The notes under the pieces are model-generated. The model was not told the DNA's origin and did not search any database. It worked only from the letters and a program-made list of their open reading frames with translations. The position numbers and the translations under genes were made by a program. Of a DNA stretch of 64,000 bases, positions 44,778-54,752 are shown in pieces; position 1 is the first letter of the stretch; each line of letters begins with the position of its first letter. The DNA is taken from assembly GCA_023475235.1 (NCBI GenBank), contig JAMCWG010000116.1, positions 23,876-87,875 on the forward strand. Reading direction: 5' to 3'. The DNA comes from Chloroflexota bacterium. Lineage in GTDB: Bacteria > Chloroflexota > UBA6077 > FW602-bin22 > JAMCWG01.

Positions 44778-46523
44778 ATGCGATCCAGTGTTTACCTGAA
44801 GGTTACATTGTTTGCCGTAGTAGCTCTGCTGGGGGCGTGTGCCCCGTCGGCAGCTACCCCCGCGCCGGCCAAGCCCGCCGCTCCGGCTGCGGCCACGGCT
44901 GCGCCCCAGGCGCCGGCCGCCACGGCTGCGTCTCAGACGCCAGCCGCCACGGCCGCGCCTCAGGCGCCAGCCGCGGCTACACCTCGCCAAGGCGAGTCGC
45001 CTGTGGCGACGGTTGCCAAGGTTAAGCGGGGCGGCATCCTTGTCTATTCCCGCACCAAGAACCTGGAGAGCCTGGATAATGTCATCCAGCAGACTATGGA
45101 CGCGCCAGGTGCAACGATGCTCTACGAGCATCTACTGACCTACGATCTGGTAGACCCCAAGACCGCGGCCCACGAGCTAAAGCCCCAACTGGCCGAGTCC
45201 TGGGACGTGATTGACCCCAAGAAAATAGTCTTCAAGCTCCGCAAGGGCATCAAGTTCTCCGACGGCAGCGACTTCAATGCCGAGGTAGTCAAGTGGAACA
45301 TCGACCGGACCAGGACCGAGCCCAAGTCGGCCGGCAAGCACCTGGTAGACACGATCGAGAGCGTGGACGTGGTCGATCCGTACACCGTGCGGGTCAACCT
45401 GAAGAACCCTTCGGCCACGGCCGTGCTGAAGCTCAGCAACGGCGTCTCCGGGACGGGTACCTTCGCCGCGTCGATGGCCTCGAAGGCGGCCTTCGATAAG
45501 GGCGGCGCCGATTACCTGCACTCCAACCCTATCGGTACCGGCCCGATGATCCTCGATCAGTGGCTGCCGGGCGATAGGCTCACCCTCAAGAAGCGCGACG
45601 GCTACTGGCAGAACGGCGTCGACGGAAAGCCTTTGCCCTACCTGGACGGGTTCGTCGACCGGTACATCACCGACTCGGCGGTGGCGTTCGTTGAGTTGCG
45701 CTCCGGAACGGTCCAGTTCGCTTCCAGCATCCGGCTGGCCGACGTCCCGGCGGTGAAATCCAACCCGGACCTGGTCTACGACGACTGGTGGTGGGCAGCT
45801 TCGGTCCGGTTCGTATACGGCTTCAGCCAGCAGGATGGCCCGTTCAAGGACAACCTCAAGCTGCGCCAGGCCGCCCACTACGCCATCGACAAAGCACAGA
45901 TGGCCAAGACGATGGGCTTCGGCCTCGCCCGCCCCGACGATTATGTCTACTGGAACCAGGCGATACTGGGATACGATCCTTCCGTAATCAAGTACAGTTA
46001 CGATGCCAACAAGGCCAAGCAACTACTCGCCGAGGCAGGATACCCTAATGGCATCGACATCACCCTCACCACAATCTCTCGCGACCCGGACCGCAAGATC
46101 GCCGAGATCGCCAAGTTTATGTGGGATGCCGTCGGACTTCGAACCAAGATCGACCTGATGGAGCGCACTGCGGCGCTCGCAATATGGAAGAGCCAGAAGT
46201 TCGACGTCGGCTTCGCCGGCTACACGATGCTGCCCGACCCTGATGTATTCGCTCCGAAGAACCTGTCGTGCGACGGGGGTAACAACCTGACCGCCAACTG
46301 CAACAAAGAATTCGATGCCTGCATTAACGAGGCCGGCGCCATCGTGGGCAACGACCAGAAGCGCGGCGAGATCTACAAGCGCTGCATGAAGATCGTCCAG
46401 GAAGACGCCTTCAAGCAGCAAGGGTACTCGGAGCCTTACTTCTATGTATACAACAAGAGCGTGAAGGGTATCGTGGCCCATTGGGCCGACCCCGACGTAC
46501 GGTGGGCCTGGCTGGATAAGTAG
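44778..46523 (+). CDS. ABC transporter substrate-binding lipoprotein, family 5 (peptide/nickel-type)
   Basis: Lipobox LLGAC; Pro/Ala linker; LAESW, LRKGIKFSDG, PIGTGP and LRQA..YAID motifs. Confidence 0.93.
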   Translation: MRSSVYLKVTLFAVVALLGACAPSAATPAPAKPAAPAAATAAPQAPAATAASQTPAATAAPQAPAAATPRQGESPVATVAKVKRGGILVYSRTKNLESLDNVIQQTMDAPGATMLYEHLLTYDLVDPKTAAHELKPQLAESWDVIDPKKIVFKLRKGIKFSDGSDFNAEVVKWNIDRTRTEPKSAGKHLVDTIESVDVVDPYTVRVNLKNPSATAVLKLSNGVSGTGTFAASMASKAAFDKGGADYLHSNPIGTGPMILDQWLPGDRLTLKKRDGYWQNGVDGKPLPYLDGFVDRYITDSAVAFVELRSGTVQFASSIRLADVPAVKSNPDLVYDDWWWAASVRFVYGFSQQDGPFKDNLKLRQAAHYAIDKAQMAKTMGFGLARPDDYVYWNQAILGYDPSVIKYSYDANKAKQLLAEAGYPNGIDITLTTISRDPDRKIAEIAKFMWDAVGLRTKIDLMERTAALAIWKSQKFDVGFAGYTMLPDPDVFAPKNLSCDGGNNLTANCNKEFDACINEAGAIVGNDQKRGEIYKRCMKIVQEDAFKQQGYSEPYFYVYNKSVKGIVAHWADPDVRWAWLDK

Positions 46524-46559
46524 CCCGCTATCTGATAGTATGTAGCATTTAGAGGACCT

Positions 46560-46615
46560 GCACAGTCGCCAGTCGCTTTGCAATCGAGACACACATTCCC
46601 CGCTGGCGACTGTGC
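46560..46615. terminator. Inverted repeat after the SBP gene
   Basis: GCACAGTCGCCAG ... CTGGCGACTGTGC, 13-bp stem with a long loop. Confidence 0.45.
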
Positions 46616-46664
46616 TTGCTTCGATTCCAATTCGAATCGCGAAAGGACCGGCCTAGCCGACGTG

Positions 46665-47747
46665 ATGGAACTGCAGTCTCCGCGTCTGACCCCTCAGCAG
46701 AAGATAGCCCTGGTGATAGTCATCGCTCTCAGCGGGCTTGTCTTCCTTTATATCGTGCGCAGCATCCTGCCTCCCTTCGTTCTGGCAGTGATCGCGGCGT
46801 ATGTCCTCAACCCCGTGGTGAACTGGCTGAAGGACCGGACGCGCCTGCCGCGAGGCCTGGTGGTGACGGCGGTGTATCTGGCCGTCCTGGCCATTGTCGG
46901 CTGGGGCCTGATCACGTTCATATTCCCCATCATCAGAATAGAGATTACCGAGCTGGCTCGTACGCTTCCCTCCCTCATACGATCGTTGCAACGGGAGCTT
47001 CAGACCTACCAGCCCCTGGCGTCGCTGGGGATTCGCCTCGACCCCGCCCTGATCTCCGGCGAGATCATTCAGGCCGTGCGCAGCCTGCTCGGCAGAACCC
47101 CGGAAGTAGTGGCCGGCACCATCGATGTGTTCGCCCACCTCCTGATCTTCCTGGTGGCGACCTTCTACTTACTGATCGATGGCCAGCGCTTCGTGGACGC
47201 GGTCTGCCGCCTGATTCCGTCCTCCTACCGGATGGAGATGTACGAGCTGGGCAGCGAGGTGAACTACGTGCTGGGCCAGTACATTCGGGGGCAGCTATTC
47301 CTGGTCGTCTTAATGAGCACACTGAGCTGGATCGCCCTGGCCCCGATCCTTCACCTGCAATTTGCGCTGATCATCAGCCTGGCAACAGGCGTGCTGGAGC
47401 TGTTCCCGTGGGTGGGCCCGATCTCCGCAGGGGCAATCGCCGGCACCGTCGCCTTTGTCCAGCACAATCCATTCGGATGGCCGTCCTGGGTCTATGCGCT
47501 GGCCGTCATCGGAGTCTACATCGCCCTTCGCAACATGGAGGACTACCTGGTCGTCCCGAACATCATCGGTCGCGCCGTGAGGCTTCACCCCCTGGTGGTG
47601 ATGTTTGTCCTCTTCGCTGGCGCGACCCTGGGCGGGCTGCTCGGACTGTTCATCGCCGTGCCGGCGACTGCCTCCCTCAAGATCATCCTGTCGTATGTCT
47701 ATCGCAAGCTGGTTGAAGGACCGGACATTTCGATCTCGCCCTCGTAA
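46665..47747 (+). CDS. AI-2E (PerM) family transporter
   Basis: AYVLNP, YIRGQ, PWVGP and P.IIG.AVRLHP motifs. Confidence 0.92.
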   Translation: MELQSPRLTPQQKIALVIVIALSGLVFLYIVRSILPPFVLAVIAAYVLNPVVNWLKDRTRLPRGLVVTAVYLAVLAIVGWGLITFIFPIIRIEITELARTLPSLIRSLQRELQTYQPLASLGIRLDPALISGEIIQAVRSLLGRTPEVVAGTIDVFAHLLIFLVATFYLLIDGQRFVDAVCRLIPSSYRMEMYELGSEVNYVLGQYIRGQLFLVVLMSTLSWIALAPILHLQFALIISLATGVLELFPWVGPISAGAIAGTVAFVQHNPFGWPSWVYALAVIGVYIALRNMEDYLVVPNIIGRAVRLHPLVVMFVLFAGATLGGLLGLFIAVPATASLKIILSYVYRKLVEGPDISISPS

Positions 47748-47919
47748 CGCATCAGCCTCTGAAGATCTTCGGCCAGCAACAGCCGGCATTGCGGACGGCA
47801 GGAGTACTGGTATACTGGAAGGAGAAGCCTGCGTAGGCGCCCGCCTTAGCCCTGGCCAAGCGCATGGGCCTGCTCAGTTGGCGGCATTCAGGCGATAGCT
47901 ACTAGACTGTAGACTGCGT

Positions 47920-48789
47920 ATGCTCCTACCAGAGCATTACACCGCTGACCGCCTTACGTATGTCGACCCTTACCGTGTAAGGTACTGGGAGGCCGGCTCC
48001 GGCCCCCCTGTCCTGCTCGTGCACGGCCTGGGAACGGCGGCCGAGCTCTGGCAGATGAGCATCGGGCCTCTATCGGAACGCTTCCGTGTCCTGGTGCCCG
48101 ACCTGCCGGGCTTCGGTCTGACCGACAAGCCGGATGGCGGGTACACTCTGGCCCGAGGCATCCACTTCCTGGCCGAGTTCCTGGCTGAGCGCGGCGCGTC
48201 GCGGGCGAGCGTGGTGGGCAACTCGATGGGCGGCCTGCTGGCGGCGGGCCTGGCCCTCGAGCATTCCCAGATGGTGGAGCGGCTGGTGCTGGTGGATACC
48301 GCCGGGCTGGGCCGCGACCTGGGTCTGGTGCTCCGGCTGCTCTCCTTGCCCGGCCTGGGCGAAGTGATGGCCATCCCGATGCTTGCCGCCCTGCGGTGGG
48401 CGCTCGGCAGCCTGTTCTACGACCCCCGCCGGCTTCCCGATCATCTGGTGCGTACGGTCCACGGGCACCGATGTGCACGAGCCGCGCGGCACTCGCTGCT
48501 GAAGGTCACCCGCCGCGGGATCGATCTGAGGGGCCAGAGACCGGAGATACTTCTGCTCGACCGGCTGTCCGGCCTGCAGGTGCCCACCCTCGTCATCTGG
48601 GGACGGCAAGATGGGCTGATTCCCCTGGAGCACGCCTACCGCGCCCGGCGCGCCATTCCCCGCTGCCGGCTACATATCTTCGAGGAATGCGGCCACCTGC
48701 CCATGCTGGAGTGGCCCGACGAGTTCAACCGGGTAGTAGCCGACTTCCTGTCCCAGGAGACCGGCGCCCCAGTCCCTCCTAGCCGCTGA
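47920..48789 (+). CDS. Alpha/beta fold hydrolase
   Basis: LVHG, DLPGFG, GNSMGG nucleophile elbow, WGRQD and CGH motifs. Confidence 0.92.
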   Translation: MLLPEHYTADRLTYVDPYRVRYWEAGSGPPVLLVHGLGTAAELWQMSIGPLSERFRVLVPDLPGFGLTDKPDGGYTLARGIHFLAEFLAERGASRASVVGNSMGGLLAAGLALEHSQMVERLVLVDTAGLGRDLGLVLRLLSLPGLGEVMAIPMLAALRWALGSLFYDPRRLPDHLVRTVHGHRCARAARHSLLKVTRRGIDLRGQRPEILLLDRLSGLQVPTLVIWGRQDGLIPLEHAYRARRAIPRCRLHIFEECGHLPMLEWPDEFNRVVADFLSQETGAPVPPSR

Positions 48790-49894
48790 CGGCTGCCGGG
48801 GCGCCCAGCATCTCCTGATAGATCCGGTAGGTATCGGCCGCCACCTGGGCCTGCGTGTAGCGAGCCACAACGCGGTCCCGGCCGGCCCGGGCCAGGCCCT
48901 CCCGCAGCGCCGCATCGTCTCGCAGGCGCCGGAGTCGCTCCCGCAGCGCCGCGGCATCCCCCTCGGGGAACACCAGGCCGGCCTCGCCGATGACGTTCGG
49001 TATCTCTCCCGAATCGGAGCCTACCACCGGCACCTCGCAGGCCATCGCCTCCACCAGCACCCGCCCGAACTGCTCTTTCCACGACGCGGTGGTCAGCGAG
49101 GGCAGCACGAGCACATCGAGCTCGGCCATCACTTTCGGCACCACGACCGAGGGCACGGGCTGGCGTAGCTCTACCTTCTCCTTCATGCCCAGGGCGCGCG
49201 CCTTCGCCTCCAACTCGGGCCGCAGCGGGCCATCGCCGACCAGCAGCAGCCGCCACTCTCCCTCCAGTCCGGCGACCGCCTCCAGCAACGAGTGCAGCCC
49301 CTTGGCGGCGATGAGCCGGCCCAGGTAGCCGATGGTGAACCCGCCCGCGGGGCGCCCCTGCGGTGAGAATATGGCGGGGTCCACCCCGAACTGCGGTATG
49401 ACCGCGATGTGACTGCCGTAGCCCTTCCGCCGCAGCACTTCCACGCTCTCCTGGTTGCCGGCGATGGCGTAGTCCGCCTGCCGGTAGTTATAGCGCTCGA
49501 TGAGACGGAAGGGCAGCGGCAGCTCGCGGTACAGGTTCTGCCAGGTGAAGAAGAGTGTCCTGGCGCCCCGCCGCTTCCCCAGGGTGATGGCGTGGGCCGT
49601 GGCCAGGTTGTAGGGCTCCTCGTCGACGTGGAGGACATCCGGGCGGACTCTATCCAGAAGCGCCCCCAGGCCGAGATAGAAGTGCAGGTGAAAGTGGCCG
49701 TTCAGGGCCATCGGCGTGACGGCCAGCTCGTAGCCGGCGGTGTGGCTGCGCTCCAGGTGGATGCGCCGGCGTCCCTCCCGCCAGTACGGCGGTACGATCA
49801 CGGTCAGCTCCAACCCCGGCAGGCGCGCCAGCTCCTCGGCCTTTCTCTGATAGGCGCCGATGACCAGCGCCTTCGACAGCATCGCTACTCTCAA
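48779..49894 (-). CDS. Glycosyltransferase family 4
   Basis: EQFGRVLVEAMAC (E-X7-E) motif. Confidence 0.93.
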   Translation of the reverse strand: MRVAMLSKALVIGAYQRKAEELARLPGLELTVIVPPYWREGRRRIHLERSHTAGYELAVTPMALNGHFHLHFYLGLGALLDRVRPDVLHVDEEPYNLATAHAITLGKRRGARTLFFTWQNLYRELPLPFRLIERYNYRQADYAIAGNQESVEVLRRKGYGSHIAVIPQFGVDPAIFSPQGRPAGGFTIGYLGRLIAAKGLHSLLEAVAGLEGEWRLLLVGDGPLRPELEAKARALGMKEKVELRQPVPSVVVPKVMAELDVLVLPSLTTASWKEQFGRVLVEAMACEVPVVGSDSGEIPNVIGEAGLVFPEGDAAALRERLRRLRDDAALREGLARAGRDRVVARYTQAQVAADTYRIYQEMLGAPAAVSG

Positions 49895-49920
49895 CCCAGC
49901 CTCACTCAGCCTTCATGCCT

Positions 49921-51024
49921 TCATCGTCCGAGCACTTCCCGATAGACGGCGAGGGTCTCCCGTCCCGTCCGCTCCCAGGTGAACTGCGCGGCGCGGGCCG
50001 GCCCGGCCGACCGCAGGCGCGCCGCCAGTGCCCGGTCCTCCAATGCCCGGCACATCGCCTCCGCCAGCGCATCCTCGTCGGCGGGGTCGACCAGCAGACC
50101 GGCGTCGCCTATCACCTCCGGCAGCGAGGAGGCGTTGGAGCAGACCACCGGCGTGCCGCAGGCCATCGCCTCCAGCGGCGGCAGTCCGAAGCCCTCGTAG
50201 AAAGAGGGGAACACGAAGAGGCGGGCAACGCCGTAAAGGATGGGCTTCTCGGTCTCTTCCACCGCGCCGAGGAAGCGCACCGACGCCGCCAGCTCCAGGC
50301 GCTGCGCCAGCGCCGGCAGATCGGTGGCCTCCGGGCGAGGACCGGCTATCACCAGCTCCGGTGGGTCGCACAACTGATCTCGCGCCCGGGCGAAGGCCCG
50401 CAGCAGGGCGGGAACATTCTTCCGCGCATCCAACCCCCCGAGGTAGAGCACGAAGTCACGCCGGAGGTTGTACTTCCGGCGGACGCCGGCCGCCAGCGCC
50501 GGGTCGTGTTCCGGCCGATAGCACGCCTCCACGCCCAGATACACCACCCGCACCCGCTCCGGTAGCACCCCCAGCCGCTCGACGATGTCCCGGCGCGATG
50601 CATCCGAGTCAGTGAGCACCATCACCGCGCGCCGGGTGCCCTCGACGGCGAGGCGGGTGTAGGCCCGCACCTTGGCCGGGCCGCGGTAGTCCGGCATCAG
50701 CGGGATGAGATCGTGTACCGTGACTACCACCGGCACCGGGCTCACCAGGGGTGCCGCGAAGTACGGATAGTGGATGAGCTGGACCTTCTCCCGCCAGGCC
50801 GCCAGCGGCACACCCGCCTGCTCGAGCCACACCTTGCCGGCATCGCCCCGCGCACCGAGGACATGCGCTCGCTGATTAGGGCCCAGGGGCCCGGACGCCG
50901 GGCCGAGCAGGACGAACTCCTCGTCGGGGGCCTGCGCGGCGAATGCCTGAAGAATATGCCGCACATACTGTCCGCTGCCGGTGGTCGGCTGCGCCAGGAA
51001 CCAGGTGTTCACACCCACGCGCAA
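49921..51024 (-). CDS. Glycosyltransferase family 4 (mannosyltransferase-like)
   Basis: TVHDL, RKN and EGFGLPPLEAMACG motifs. Confidence 0.93.
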   Translation of the reverse strand: MRVGVNTWFLAQPTTGSGQYVRHILQAFAAQAPDEEFVLLGPASGPLGPNQRAHVLGARGDAGKVWLEQAGVPLAAWREKVQLIHYPYFAAPLVSPVPVVVTVHDLIPLMPDYRGPAKVRAYTRLAVEGTRRAVMVLTDSDASRRDIVERLGVLPERVRVVYLGVEACYRPEHDPALAAGVRRKYNLRRDFVLYLGGLDARKNVPALLRAFARARDQLCDPPELVIAGPRPEATDLPALAQRLELAASVRFLGAVEETEKPILYGVARLFVFPSFYEGFGLPPLEAMACGTPVVCSNASSLPEVIGDAGLLVDPADEDALAEAMCRALEDRALAARLRSAGPARAAQFTWERTGRETLAVYREVLGR

Positions 51025-51026
51025 GG

Positions 51027-52163
51027 CTATGACTCCAGTCCTTCGAACAGCTTGACCAGTTGCCGGGCAGAGCGTTCCCACGAGAACTGGAGGGCCTGCT
51101 GGCGCCCCCGCTCGGCCATCTCACGCCGGCGGCCGGCGTTGCCCAGGGCTTCTTCCATCGCCGCGGCCATCGCCTCCACGTCTCGCGGGTCGAACTGTAT
51201 CGCCGCGCAGTCGACTACCTCGGGCAGGGAGGAGGTGTTGGAGCAGACCACCGGCGTGCCGCAGGCCATCGCCTCCAGGGGCGGCAGTCCGAAGCCCTCG
51301 TAGAGGGAGGGGAACACAAACAGATCGGCGAGATTGTACAGCACGGGCAGGTCCTCTTCCGCCAGGAAGCCCAGGAAGCGCACCCGGTTGTGCAGGCCGA
51401 GCCGGCCCACGGTCTGGTATATCTCGCGGTACATCCAGCCGGGCCGTCCCACCACGATGAGCTCGTGGGGAAAGGCCTGCGTCAGCTTATGAAATGCCTC
51501 CAGCAGGCGGACCAGGTTCTTGCGCGGCTCCAGGGTGCCGACCATCAACAGGAACGGGCGCTCCAGCCGCAGCCGCTGGGCCACCTCGATCCGGCGGGCC
51601 TCGTCCTCGATCGGGCGATAGGCGTCCTCCACGCCGGGGTACACCACCGTCACCCTTTCCTCCGGCACGCCCAGCAGTCTCACCAGATCGTCCTTGGTGT
51701 TGGCGGAATCGGCCAGCACGAGGTTGGCCCGGCGTACCGCCCTCGGCACGGTGCGGGTCAGATAAACGCGCAGCTTGGTCTCGGCACACTCCGGCAGCAC
51801 CAGGAAGGAAAGGTCGTGTACGGTGACGATTGACCGGGCCCCCCGCAGCGGGGGCAGCGTGAAGTCGGGAGAATAATAGACATCTACCTTGCCCGTGAAG
51901 ACCTCTGCCGGGAGGGGGATACGCAGGTGATGCCAGAGGATATTCAGGCTCCTCTCGGAGAACCATGGCACCCGCTCCGTGAAGTTCGGTGGCCAGGGAG
52001 GCAGCGCAAACTGGGCCCGCCGCGGTCGCAGCAACCGGTACTCGTTCTCGTGGTCCTCCGCGGCCAGCGATCGCAGAAGCCCCCGGCTGTACCGGCCGAT
52101 ACCTGCTCCCTGGCAGTAGGCCGGGGTTGCGTCAATCGCGATGCGCACCTGGCCCTCCGTCAC
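51027..52163 (-). CDS. Glycosyltransferase family 4 (mannosyltransferase-like)
   Basis: GIGRY, TVHDL, EPRKN and EGFGLPPLEAMACG motifs. Confidence 0.93.
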   Translation of the reverse strand: MTEGQVRIAIDATPAYCQGAGIGRYSRGLLRSLAAEDHENEYRLLRPRRAQFALPPWPPNFTERVPWFSERSLNILWHHLRIPLPAEVFTGKVDVYYSPDFTLPPLRGARSIVTVHDLSFLVLPECAETKLRVYLTRTVPRAVRRANLVLADSANTKDDLVRLLGVPEERVTVVYPGVEDAYRPIEDEARRIEVAQRLRLERPFLLMVGTLEPRKNLVRLLEAFHKLTQAFPHELIVVGRPGWMYREIYQTVGRLGLHNRVRFLGFLAEEDLPVLYNLADLFVFPSLYEGFGLPPLEAMACGTPVVCSNTSSLPEVVDCAAIQFDPRDVEAMAAAMEEALGNAGRRREMAERGRQQALQFSWERSARQLVKLFEGLES

Positions 52164-52205
52164 GCATCCCGCGTACCCGCATGCATCCCAATGCCGGACC
52201 TCGCT

Positions 52206-53291
52206 TCATTTCCGCTTCGAGATCAGATACACGATCGCCCCGAAGATCACCACGCTGCCGTAGCTGAGAGAGCGGTCGAGCACGGTGATGGACACCGCCT
52301 CCGCGGGCGGCAGTTTGAACGAAATGAGGACGGCCGTGATGCCGGCCTCGGCGTATCCCAGCCCGGCCGGGGTGCCGGGCGGCACGGTGAGCAAGGCCGA
52401 CCCCAGGCCCACGAACACGATCATCGCCAGCTCGATGAACGGGTCGGGCGACAGCGTGATACCCAGAGAACGGGTGACCAGGAAAAGGCGCCCGGCCTCC
52501 AACAGCCAGGCGCCACCGCTCAGCACGGCCACGATGGGCAGTTGGCGAAACGACCCCAGGGTGCCCTCCGAGAAACGGCTGTACATCGGCCGCACCCGCT
52601 GAGGCAAGACCCGCTCGACGTGGCTTCCGAACTGGTACATCACCAGGAGCGCAGTCACCATCAGGGCCACGAATCCAACGCCGGCGATAAGCGCGGTAGA
52701 CACGTCGGATGTGAAGCGCCCGTGGAAGGCGAACGCGCCGGCCAGGACCATCATAGCCAACAGCACTGCGAAATCTACCACCCGCTCTCCCAGCACCGTG
52801 CCGGTGACCCGAGAGAACGAGACCGGGCTGTTCTTCTTCAACAGGTAGGCGCGGTAAAGATCGCCGAGCTTGGCCGGCACCAGGCAGTTGGCGAACCAGG
52901 AGAGGAAGATTATCTCGGCCAGGCCGCCGATACCGGGCAGCTTGATCAGGCGGTATCCCACGCTCCACAGCATTTGCCGCCAGCGCACGGCGCGCACCGG
53001 AAATGTGGCATAGTAGACCAGGAGGGCAGCCAGGTAGAATGGCATTTGAGTGCGCTGCAAAACGCGTGCAGTCTCGCCGACGTCGATGTTGAAGCGGGTC
53101 AGGGCCAGAACGATGATGCCGATGGCCACCGCGAAAGAAGCATAGGTCCGCCAGTTGAAGAACCGCTTCTCCAGCGATATCTCAGCCGGCGCCGGCTCCG
53201 ATGCCTCAGGCGCTGCCCGCTCACGTTCAAGCCCCCCAACGTCTAGACGTTGTGAAAGGCTGTCTTCACGACCTTCCATCTGTGCCATCAT
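52206..53291 (-). CDS. Lysylphosphatidylglycerol-synthase TM/flippase-like (UPF0104) membrane protein
   Basis: RAVRW, N.LVPAKLGDLYR, ER..D and PAGLG.AE motifs. Confidence 0.88.
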   Translation of the reverse strand: MMAQMEGREDSLSQRLDVGGLERERAAPEASEPAPAEISLEKRFFNWRTYASFAVAIGIIVLALTRFNIDVGETARVLQRTQMPFYLAALLVYYATFPVRAVRWRQMLWSVGYRLIKLPGIGGLAEIIFLSWFANCLVPAKLGDLYRAYLLKKNSPVSFSRVTGTVLGERVVDFAVLLAMMVLAGAFAFHGRFTSDVSTALIAGVGFVALMVTALLVMYQFGSHVERVLPQRVRPMYSRFSEGTLGSFRQLPIVAVLSGGAWLLEAGRLFLVTRSLGITLSPDPFIELAMIVFVGLGSALLTVPPGTPAGLGYAEAGITAVLISFKLPPAEAVSITVLDRSLSYGSVVIFGAIVYLISKRK

Positions 53292-54735
53292 CCCCTCGCA
53301 GCGCTGTCAGGCCCAGCGTCAGGCCTATCTGCACGTTCATCCCGTGAACGTATAAGTTGTCAAATCCGTTGTGTATGCTCGCCGCCAGCAGCACGGCCAG
53401 GCAGCCCACCGCGAGCGCCCAGACCTCCGAGCCCGGCGCCGTCCGCTGCCATTGCAGGGCCCGCCGGCCTGCCACCCACAGCCAGCTCCCGACCATCACG
53501 AGATAGGTGAGCAGTCCTGCCAGCCCCACCTCGGCGGCCATATTCAGATATATATTATGCGCATGCCCCAACGCTTTGGGCCAATCCTTCAGCGCATAGT
53601 CTGCATACATTATAGGGAAGCTCCCGGGGCCCACCCCGAGATAGTAGTGGTCCTGGAACATCTCCCAGGCGACCTGCCACTGCGCCATCCGCTCCACTAC
53701 CGGCCAGTTCTCGAGCGTCACCGTAACGTAGCGCACGTCGAAGATGCCGAAGTACGAGATAGCGGTGGACACCCGCTGGCCGATGGCGGCAGGCAGCATA
53801 TTGAAGACGCCGGCCGCCAGTATCAGCACCCCCAGCAAGACCACAGCGGCCAGCACGAGGGCCGTCCGGCGGCCGCGGGCGATCATGATCAGGCTCAGGG
53901 CGGCAAACGCGCCCATCCACGCCCCGCGTGACATCGACATCAGCATCGCCATCCCGATCACGCCCGCGGCAACATAGGCCAGACGGTGGAGCTGCGTCTC
54001 GCTCACTTCGGGGAGCCAGCGGAAGGGCGCCGGGGCGACGGGTGTCGCTTCTTGCCGTGCCCGTGGCCGCCGCCACAGCAGAGCGAGGGCCATGGCCAAT
54101 GGCAGCACCATCCCCAGGTAGCCGCCGTAAGGATTCGGCTGGCCGAAGGTGCCGTAGGCACGCAGGAAGGGGCCGATGCGGAAGGACTCCGGCCCGATGC
54201 GGCCGAAGAATTGCGCCCAGCCAACCAGGGCGACCGCCGCGCCCGAAATCAGGATGACGGCCAGGAGCTGCCGTCTAGCGCGGAGCTCCCCGACGACGCT
54301 GACGGTTATCAGATAGGCAGCCAGCAGCTCGGCCCACCGGAGCACCTCTTTGATGGCCACGATCTTGTTGGTGGTCGCCGTCAGGGAGACGAGGAGCACC
54401 CCAATGAAGAGGGCGATGGGCCACAGCAGCGGCCCGACCCGCAGCCTCCGCCGGACGGCCACCACCGCCACCCACACCAGAAGCATCAGCCCGGTGAGGA
54501 GCTCGGTGGCAGTGAGCGGGAACCCAGCCACAGTGAACTCTCGCACCACCCCGAACGGAACAGAGAAGGCCAGGATGCCCAGCCCAAGCTCTGGCCGCAC
54601 CAGCGCCAGCAGCACCACGCCAGCGCCCCCCACCAGGCCCGCCGCCAGGTAGATGGGCAGCGCCCCCATAGCCACGCCAACGGCCGCCAGGCCAGCCCAG
54701 CCGATCCCTGCCCGCCACCGAGCACCGGTTAGCAC
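53266..54735 (-). CDS. O-antigen ligase (Wzy_C) family membrane protein
   Basis: RAYGTFGQPN, SRGAW, GVGPG and HAHN.YL motifs. Start uncertain. Confidence 0.88.
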   Translation of the reverse strand: MLTGARWRAGIGWAGLAAVGVAMGALPIYLAAGLVGGAGVVLLALVRPELGLGILAFSVPFGVVREFTVAGFPLTATELLTGLMLLVWVAVVAVRRRLRVGPLLWPIALFIGVLLVSLTATTNKIVAIKEVLRWAELLAAYLITVSVVGELRARRQLLAVILISGAAVALVGWAQFFGRIGPESFRIGPFLRAYGTFGQPNPYGGYLGMVLPLAMALALLWRRPRARQEATPVAPAPFRWLPEVSETQLHRLAYVAAGVIGMAMLMSMSRGAWMGAFAALSLIMIARGRRTALVLAAVVLLGVLILAAGVFNMLPAAIGQRVSTAISYFGIFDVRYVTVTLENWPVVERMAQWQVAWEMFQDHYYLGVGPGSFPIMYADYALKDWPKALGHAHNIYLNMAAEVGLAGLLTYLVMVGSWLWVAGRRALQWQRTAPGSEVWALAVGCLAVLLAASIHNGFDNLYVHGMNVQIGLTLGLTALRGDDGTDGRS

Positions 54736-54752
54736 CGTACCATCTCCGCCGA

